Position numbers and translations under genes: made by a program
Assembly: GCA_903831635.1 (NCBI GenBank)
Contig: CAIKYN010000414.1
Coordinates: 1 to 35,733, forward strand
DNA: 35,733 bases
Direction: 5' to 3'
Origin: an uncultured Spartobacteria bacterium
Lineage (GTDB): Bacteria; Verrucomicrobiota; Verrucomicrobiia; Chthoniobacterales; UBA6821
Shown: one piece after another, positions 30,680 through 35,733 of the stretch
Layout: every line of letters starts with the position of its first letter
How positions within the stretch are numbered: position 1 is the stretch's first letter
The notes under the pieces: generated by a model
The model's database searches: none
What the model saw: the letters and a program-made list of their open reading frames with translations, nothing else
What the model was told of the DNA's origin: nothing

Positions 30680-30898
30680 ATGGCATTAACTGAAACCATT
30701 AAGGCTAAAGTAGAACCCTCGATGAAGGCCGATTTGGAAAGGATGGCAAAAGAAGAAGGCCCCGGAGTGACGGTTTCTGATTTGGTGAGAAGGGCGATTC
30801 ACCACGTGTATTTCAAAGAAAACACAACCCTCTACCCGATCACCGAAATCACCTCACTCCGACCGGCTGAAGAACCTAAAAAATCAAACGGTCTGTAA
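30680..30898 (+). CDS. Ribbon-helix-helix (CopG/Arc-like) regulator, 72 aa
   Basis: ORF track. ...IKAKVEPSMKADLERMAKEEGPGVTVSDLVRRAIHHVY... has the same VSDLVR(K/R)A helix as the divergent 52-aa RHH. Confidence 0.65.
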   Translation: MALTETIKAKVEPSMKADLERMAKEEGPGVTVSDLVRRAIHHVYFKENTTLYPITEITSLRPAEEPKKSNGL

Positions 30899-30944
30899 TT
30901 TTATCTTTCCCGGATGGACGCAGGTTGTAGAACAAAAGAAAACC

Positions 30945-31340
30945 ATGATCACTCTTTTTCGTAACGGGCAGAACGATGGGCCGTTCACGCTTGAGCAGAT
31001 CCGGGCTCAGATCAAGGGAGGCGTCCTTTCCATGGGAGATCCGGCATGGATGGAAGGATGGAGTGATTGGAAGACCGTATCGGAGATCCCAGGACTCCTA
31101 GAATCACCGGCCCCTGCATTGCCCACGATCGTTGCGGCACCTGACGTTGTCGAAAAGCCGAAGCTCAATATCACGGGAACCTATTGCCCGAATTGCGGCA
31201 ACCGGAACAGCTATCGAAAATCCGATGGCGTTGGTTGCCTTATCATGGGAATTTTGTTCATTTCCATGATCGGGATTCTTTTCATCCCTTTTCTACCGAA
31301 GTCCTGGCACTGCCGTTCCTGTGGGAATGTCTGGAAATAA
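30945..31340 (+). CDS. GYF-domain + LITAF-like zinc-ribbon membrane protein (lysogeny-expressed candidate)
   Basis: ORF track, 131 aa. N-terminus ...NGQNDGPFTLEQIRAQIKGGVLSMGDPAWMEGWSDWKTVSEIPGL fits the GYF_2 pattern. C-terminus is CPNCG-[hydrophobic ~22 aa LIMGILFISMIGILFIPFL]-WHCRSCG, as in LITAF/SIMPLE-type zinc ribbons. Confidence 0.65.
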   Translation: MITLFRNGQNDGPFTLEQIRAQIKGGVLSMGDPAWMEGWSDWKTVSEIPGLLESPAPALPTIVAAPDVVEKPKLNITGTYCPNCGNRNSYRKSDGVGCLIMGILFISMIGILFIPFLPKSWHCRSCGNVWK

Positions 31341-31343
31341 CCC

Positions 31344-31580
31344 TTAGTCCTCTTCTTCCTCGAGCTCGAGGTCGGGTTCGAGTTGGCCGTCGGCAAAATC
31401 TTTGCTGAGCTGGATCAGGGCAAATGCGTTGCCCCATTCCGTTTTAGCGAAGCGCGTGACGCCATTTTCTTCATGGGAGACGACGATAAAACCGAGGTCG
31501 AAATGCTCACTTAGGATTTGCCTGGCCTTTTCCATGGCCTTGAGGCGGCCTTGGTGATCATCGGGCGTGGCTTCGCTCAT
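31344..31580 (-). CDS. Small acidic hypothetical protein
   Basis: ORF track, 78 aa. C-terminus DGQLEPDLELEEEED. 2-nt gap after the phosphoesterase gene. Confidence 0.5.
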   Translation of the reverse strand: MSEATPDDHQGRLKAMEKARQILSEHFDLGFIVVSHEENGVTRFAKTEWGNAFALIQLSKDFADGQLEPDLELEEEED

Positions 31581-31582
31581 GG

Positions 31583-32497
31583 TTAGCGGGCCTCGTATAG
31601 CTCCACTTCTGCAAGTTTTTTCTCCCGGGAATCCTTATTGATGCCCGATGGATTATAGAATCTCATCCACCACGCACCCGTAGGCTTGGGGGGACCACCA
31701 CGCTCGACGTGCCACCCACCATAGCCATCACGGAACTCTTCTTTATATCCAGCGCCCTTGATATGCAACTGGCGGCACATCGTGATTTTATCATCTTGTG
31801 CGAGGCGTATGCGTTCAATGGGCATCATCCATGAATCATGTGTGTGCCCTGTAAAAACAAAATCGGCATCTGCCACATAAACCGCCTGACGGTTTGTCTG
31901 AATCACACCCCGGGTGACGGGGCCACCACCACCCGAACCGTGGAAATACCATAGTTTCTTTGAAGACCTTGCTGTGCCATAGGAACTACATTCAAAACGT
32001 ACATAGCCTGAATATCCCCCACGGCGAGCAATCCCGCCTTGAGCGCGTAATCGCTCACAGATTCTCTCCGTAATGTCGGTTTCGTGGTTTTTCTGAATTG
32101 CGCTCTCGTGATTCCCCACTCCACGTACGGTCAGGATGCTTTTATAAGGGTCCAACCATTCGGCAGCCGTCCTCACAATGGCATCGAGGTAGTCGCCGGT
32201 CATGTGCTCGGGGCGGATGTCCTTTTTGGAACTGCGTTTGTCGTATTTCCCCTGCATAAGACACCCAAAATCGCCTGCATCGATCACCGGCGCATTCCTT
32301 TCCAGCGCAAGATCGAGGTGCTTTTTCATCAGTTCCCGATCGCAATGCGGATTATCCCAATGGCAATCCGTCTGCAGGAGAACCCATTGCTCATCTCCGA
32401 CCCGAGGCAGATCAATGGAAATGACATGAACATTCCGAGAAGATTCCCTGAATTTCCAACTTGGTTTTTTACCGATGACAGATTTTTTGACGGTCAT
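31583..32497 (-). CDS. Calcineurin-like metallophosphoesterase
   Basis: ORF track, 304 aa. Ordered motifs D-C-H (LLQTDCHWD), G-D (IDAGDFG), G-N-H-E (VGNHES), H (FHGSG), G-H-T-H (FTGHTHD). Confidence 0.85.
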   Translation of the reverse strand: MTVKKSVIGKKPSWKFRESSRNVHVISIDLPRVGDEQWVLLQTDCHWDNPHCDRELMKKHLDLALERNAPVIDAGDFGCLMQGKYDKRSSKKDIRPEHMTGDYLDAIVRTAAEWLDPYKSILTVRGVGNHESAIQKNHETDITERICERLRAQGGIARRGGYSGYVRFECSSYGTARSSKKLWYFHGSGGGGPVTRGVIQTNRQAVYVADADFVFTGHTHDSWMMPIERIRLAQDDKITMCRQLHIKGAGYKEEFRDGYGGWHVERGGPPKPTGAWWMRFYNPSGINKDSREKKLAEVELYEAR

Positions 32498-33048
32498 GAT
32501 TCAGCTAAAAAGAAATCGAGATCGGCGTGAAGCTTCTCCACAGGGCCGTTATTGAGCAGGATCCGGTCGAAGGTGATGACCTGTTTCTCCGAGGAATGAG
32601 CTTCCACCGGGGCAATGCCAGGACGCTTGACCGAGATGATCGTGAACCCTGCTTGGTTGAGAGCTTCGGCTTCATTCTCAAAACGGAGGTCATCGACGAT
32701 TACCGAATGCCCTTCGTTGAGGTGGCGGGAGACTTTGGAGAGCAGGATCTTTCTCCAGATGTCGGTAGCGACCAGATCACGTCCCCATTCTGTTCCGAGG
32801 GATTGCATCAGATAGCGTGGGGAACGACCTCCTACCAAATCGCTGGGGGTTTCTTTGAGATTCCCATCCACCATCTCAACGGCTTCCATGAGACCGGCCC
32901 CGGCCTCGATCAGGAGACATCGAATCATCCGTTTGATCGGGGCGGCAAAACGAACCCTGCGAAAACCGTGCTTCCCGACGAGGTGGTCGGCGGCGGTTGA
33001 TTTTCCGCTGCCAGCTAAACCGCAGAGAGCGATGAGCTTGGGGGCCAT
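32494..33048 (-). CDS. Deoxynucleoside monophosphate kinase-like P-loop protein
   Basis: ORF track, 184 aa. MAPKLIALCGLAGSGKSTAADHL...FAAPIKRM...RYLMQSLGTEWGR... matches the phage dNMP kinase pattern as I remember it. ATGA overlap with the next gene. Confidence 0.7.
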   Translation of the reverse strand: MAPKLIALCGLAGSGKSTAADHLVGKHGFRRVRFAAPIKRMIRCLLIEAGAGLMEAVEMVDGNLKETPSDLVGGRSPRYLMQSLGTEWGRDLVATDIWRKILLSKVSRHLNEGHSVIVDDLRFENEAEALNQAGFTIISVKRPGIAPVEAHSSEKQVITFDRILLNNGPVEKLHADLDFFLAES

Positions 33049-33578
33049 TCCCCTACGGGCCGTGTCAATTCCATGGGTGAAAAGCTAAATATGGAACTCA
33101 GGAAATCAGGAAAATGGTCGGAGGAGGTTCAGGTCGCTCTGGTTTATCTATCCAGCCCTCAATGCCTCCCCCGATTAATGCTGGGATAGAAATGCCATAC
33201 GGCATCGACTCCCGCGCTGGAACCGTCGAAACGATTCCGTAACCTTTTCTACACGGAGCATGAGTCCCTCTTTGGTAGATAGGCAAAGATACAGCCGTGT
33301 CAATTCCCTGCAAAAATAAAGTAAGTAGCCACAAAATGCACAAAAGGCACAAAGGAGAAGAAAAAGGAATTTAATATGGAACTCAGGAACTCAAGAATGG
33401 ATCATGAGGAGCGCTATCCCTCACGGTTTGTTTAATGCGCGGCCTGATCAGGACTCCCATCCAATTTGGAAGGGACGGCATTTTGGAGACCACTTACTCC
33501 AATCTAGTTTCCGGTTCACTTCCCCGGCAGATGATCCCAAAGTTTTTTTTATGAGTTCCTGAGTTTCATATCAAAAAA

Positions 33579-34163
33579 TCAACTCACCAGAGCGGCTTTG
33601 AGATTGGCCACGCGGTTAAGAAGTCCATGCAGGTCGTCGTGGACGACTTCGGATGTCGTGGCGAGGAACTTGTAGCGGGCCGCACATTGCGAAAGAAATG
33701 CCAGGGCGAGAGCCTGCTTGTTCTGCGAGGCCCATGCTGCGGAGAGCGTCTGATCGCCGATCTTTCCGTCGATCACCAGATGCGCCCCATCGAGGTCGTT
33801 AAGGGCGAGTTGGAGCAGCCGAACACATGTCCCCTCCCCTTCGTTCACGGCCTGAACAAAAAAGATCCAATTTAACGGCGAGGGCAAGCGCGCCGCCACA
33901 TGCTGCCAGTAATTCTCGGCATAGGTCTGAACGACCCAGTGGGCATTTGCCGTCACCGTGCCGGTCTCATCCACCGGGAGGGAGTCATCCTGCTGATTTA
34001 ATCCTGCAAAAGTCAGACCATGGGAGTCGGGACGCTCTGCGCGGATCGTGATCCCGTCTGATTCAAACTCGCACTCGGCAGGCAGGACGATCGAAAGTCC
34101 CTTGCGAAAATCGGAGGAGTAGTTGCCATTATTCGCTAAGATCAGGATGTCGGAGATTTTCAT
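33579..34163 (-). CDS. Endolysin candidate, GH108-like N-terminal domain + PG_binding_3-like C-terminus
   Basis: ORF track, 194 aa. ...YAENYWQHVAARLPSPLNWIFFVQAVNEGEGTCVRLLQLALN...IDGKIGDQTLSAA... follows the GH108/peptidoglycan-binding pattern. The canonical EGG catalytic motif is not obvious (AECEFESDG). Follows four small membrane proteins. Confidence 0.6.
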   Translation of the reverse strand: MKISDILILANNGNYSSDFRKGLSIVLPAECEFESDGITIRAERPDSHGLTFAGLNQQDDSLPVDETGTVTANAHWVVQTYAENYWQHVAARLPSPLNWIFFVQAVNEGEGTCVRLLQLALNDLDGAHLVIDGKIGDQTLSAAWASQNKQALALAFLSQCAARYKFLATTSEVVHDDLHGLLNRVANLKAALVS

Positions 34164-34432
34164 TGAGTTGGTACCGATGGAGGTGGAGGGGTGTTTTCGC
34201 CCCAGATCTTCTGAGCCACTTTTCCTGCCCCCGAAGCAATGAATACATCCCGCAGGGCATCGGTGAGGTTTCTAGGGAGATCGTAATCGCCCCCATGGCC
34301 ATGCGCCCAGAGGCTATAGATCAAAGCTGCCAAAAACGTGACGCACGTCGTGATCCCGACGATGAAAAAGACAAGGCGAGCCATCGACTCGGGGGTGCCC
34401 TCCTTAAAGTAGGCCGTGATTCCCGCGAGCAT
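34160..34432 (-). CDS. Small membrane protein of the lysis cassette (1 TM)
   Basis: ORF-track frame 34160..34720. Start moved to ATG 34432 (TAATG overlap with the upstream stop). MLAGITAYFKEGTPESMARLVFFIVGITTCVTFLAALIYSLW... ATGA overlap with the endolysin start. Confidence 0.55.
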   Translation of the reverse strand: MLAGITAYFKEGTPESMARLVFFIVGITTCVTFLAALIYSLWAHGHGGDYDLPRNLTDALRDVFIASGAGKVAQKIWGENTPPPPSVPTQ

Positions 34433-34905
34433 TAAAATGGCAGGTGAGGCGTGAATTCCGCTAGGAACCGAAGCGCCCAACGTCCGATGGAAAACCCAAA
34501 AGCGAATCCTCCAATAAAGACCCCAGTCAGGGCGACGAGTTGCCAGGGCATTTGAATGACTTGGAGCGCGGATCGGAAAGCGGAAAGAGCTACCGCGCCG
34601 CATGCGATTGCAAAGATCCAGATCAAAGCATCCCGTTCTTTCTCGGCTTGAGCGGCATGGGCTTTTTCCACGACGACTTGTTCGGTGGCGGCCTTGAGCT
34701 GATCGGCCAAGGAATCGCACACTTTTTGAACATTTGTAGCTTCCGCTTTGGCAGCCGTCGTTTCTTTTTGAGATTCGTGGGTTAGTTGGCGGAGATGTTC
34801 AACCGTAGCAACAATGTCCGTTTTTGAGATTTCCGAAGCGTTCATGTTTAAAAAACCCAAAAACATGAACACGACCGCTCCGATATGTTTAAGAAATCGA
34901 CACAT
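34432..34905 (-). CDS. Membrane protein of the lysis cassette (N-terminal TM, coiled coil, two C-terminal TMs)
   Basis: ORF track, 157 aa. Hydrophobic segments IGAVVFMFLGFL, LIWIFAIACGAVALSAF and LVALTGVFIGGFAFGFSI. Confidence 0.6.
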   Translation of the reverse strand: MCRFLKHIGAVVFMFLGFLNMNASEISKTDIVATVEHLRQLTHESQKETTAAKAEATNVQKVCDSLADQLKAATEQVVVEKAHAAQAEKERDALIWIFAIACGAVALSAFRSALQVIQMPWQLVALTGVFIGGFAFGFSIGRWALRFLAEFTPHLPF

Positions 34906-34906
34906 C

Positions 34907-35128
34907 TTAATGGGTTTTGAGCCATTGTTCGATTACGACACTTTTGGCATCCACTTTCGAGAGGTTGTCCTGGACAACATCGAGGTGCCCGGCAAGCGCC
35001 GCCGTTTGCGACCCGACTCGGACCTGATGCACACATCCGTTCATCGAAAAAACCAGAACCGTTGTCAGTAACGCCGCGATGACCGCAAAGATCCACCCAA
35101 CGATCAGTTCTTTTTGTTCGGGTGTCAT
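34907..35128 (-). CDS. Small membrane / possible lipoprotein of the lysis cassette
   Basis: ORF track, 73 aa. TM LIVGWIFAVIAALLTTVLVF followed by SMNGC (weak lipobox-like). TTGACAT box 14 nt upstream. Confidence 0.55.
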   Translation of the reverse strand: MTPEQKELIVGWIFAVIAALLTTVLVFSMNGCVHQVRVGSQTAALAGHLDVVQDNLSKVDAKSVVIEQWLKTH

Positions 35129-35373
35129 TTATGAACGCTCGATGTCAAGTTCTCGACATGCGTTCTCATGAGCGCAACTTCTTCAGAAAGGTTTTCGAGT
35201 TTCTGAGTTTTCACCCCGGCGATGAATACCGATCCGATGAATTGAAGAAAAACCACCGCAGCGACCGTGCGGAGGAGGGTCGAGTTCTTGTCAGCAGCCT
35301 TAGAGCGTTCTTCCATCACCGCTTTGAGGGCCGCGATGTCTTCTCTGAGTGCTGAAACTTCGTCGGCGCTCAT
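35125..35373 (-). CDS. Small membrane protein of the lysis cassette (central TM, helical flanks)
   Basis: ORF track, 82 aa. TVAAVVFLQFIGSVFIAGV. ATGA overlaps on both sides. Confidence 0.55.
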   Translation of the reverse strand: MSADEVSALREDIAALKAVMEERSKAADKNSTLLRTVAAVVFLQFIGSVFIAGVKTQKLENLSEEVALMRTHVENLTSSVHK

Positions 35374-35630
35374 GTCGTCACCTCCTGTTCCGGCACCGTA
35401 AACACATCAGCAACGGGATCGTAAACCATGCCGATACCCGCATACCGACCACGGATGCGCCCCGAATAACTGGTCTGAACCCATCTGGTATCGGCTCCGA
35501 AAGTCTGTTGGAGGAAAGCAATTCCTAAAGCCTCCCGCTCTGTGCCCGTTTCATCGAACAAGATGGAATTTACCAAGACGGTACCGTTGATCACCACGTT
35601 GTTAGCATCGAGTTGAACGAAATGAGCCAT
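35370..35630 (-). CDS. Conserved small phage protein of unknown function
   Basis: ORF-track frame 35370..35666. Start moved to ATG 35630 (MAHFVQLDANNVVINGTVLVN...GIAFLQQTFGADTRWVQTSYSGRIRGRYAGIGMVYDP...). This N-terminus and the W-QTSY...YAGIG..YD pattern recur in many phage genomes as far as I recall. Confidence 0.55.
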   Translation of the reverse strand: MAHFVQLDANNVVINGTVLVNSILFDETGTEREALGIAFLQQTFGADTRWVQTSYSGRIRGRYAGIGMVYDPVADVFTVPEQEVTT

Positions 35631-35635
35631 AGATT

Positions 35636-35733
35636 TTATGGGGTGTAGGAACCTGCTCCCGTCCATTGAAGAACGGTATTGGAGCCATTTGTCGTGACAG
35701 TAGGTGAACCTGTATAGGTGCCGAGATTGGCAG
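35636..35733 (-). CDS. 3' end of a fibre-like gene entering from the right edge
   Basis: Not in the ORF track (no start in the window). Minus-strand frame ...ANLGTYTGSPTVTTNGSNTVLQWTGAGSYTP, then TAA at 35638-35636. Confidence 0.5.
   Translation of the reverse strand, partial: ANLGTYTGSPTVTTNGSNTVLQWTGAGSYTP

Noticed and set aside
33098-33352. 84-aa ORF in the repeat-rich gap (MCLLCILWLLTLFLQG...).
   Set aside because: It has no coupled start or SD. It spans the CCGTGTCAATTCC repeat and ends within the repeat box, and its composition is odd. I prefer to treat the region as non-coding, or as holding only very small ORFs.
1-35733. The idea that the window is a closed circular genome, with the fibre gene at the left edge continuing into the fibre-like 3' end at the right edge.
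   Set aside because: - Joining position 1 to 35733 puts the left-edge ORF into a different frame from the one that ends ...GAGSYTP-TAA.
- The junction sequence does not continue the 147-bp repeat.
- More sequence, probably additional fibre repeats, must lie between the two ends.

Overview
The whole 35.7-kb window reads as one temperate tailed-phage genome. It has lambda-like packaging and head genes and a siphovirus-type tail module, and I see no host housekeeping genes. Almost everything is transcribed on the minus strand, so gene order in the direction of transcription runs right to left.

Gene order, right to left:
- The 3' end of a fibre-like gene (35733-35636) and a conserved small phage protein.
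- Four small membrane proteins plus a GH108-like endolysin (35373-33579).
- A ~530-bp repeat-rich gap with no convincing CDS.
- A dNMP kinase / metallophosphoesterase / acidic protein operon (33048-31344).
- A lysogeny region: a plus-strand GYF + LITAF-like membrane protein, two divergent paralogous ribbon-helix-helix genes, an Xis-like HTH gene and a tyrosine integrase (29235-30269). It also holds an attP-like site whose core is a tRNA 3' end flanked by four TGCTACACT arm repeats.
- A translationally coupled early/replication operon (28716-22151): Zn-ribbon, HTH, beta sliding clamp, Cys-rich protein, DnaB-N-domain protein, SSB-like protein, two coiled-coil proteins and an SF3/D5-type ATPase.
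- A ~600-bp non-coding iteron/palindrome region.
- TerS, GpA-type TerL, lambda-type portal, S49 protease, scaffold, major capsid and connector proteins.
- Two paralogous tube-like proteins, G/GT chaperones with a GGGAAAC -1 slip site, and the tape measure.
- About 8.5 kb of tail-tip and fibre genes that run off the left edge inside a 147-bp tandem repeat.

The most interesting signals are non-coding:
- A two-copy ~125-nt structured intergenic element. Its substitutions are confined to hairpin loops and one stem is fully compensated.
- A strand-specific CTTTGACAY box 13-20 nt upstream of at least nine start codons.
- Alternative hairpins upstream of terS.
- A four-copy ATATGGAACTCAGGAACTCAGGAA box.
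- An apparently intact attP.
- A helicase that looks split by a five-gene insertion.

Several real-looking ORFs fall below the ORF-track size cutoff or lack a stop inside the window. All functional calls rest on motifs I recognise by eye. No database, HMM or folding program was run.
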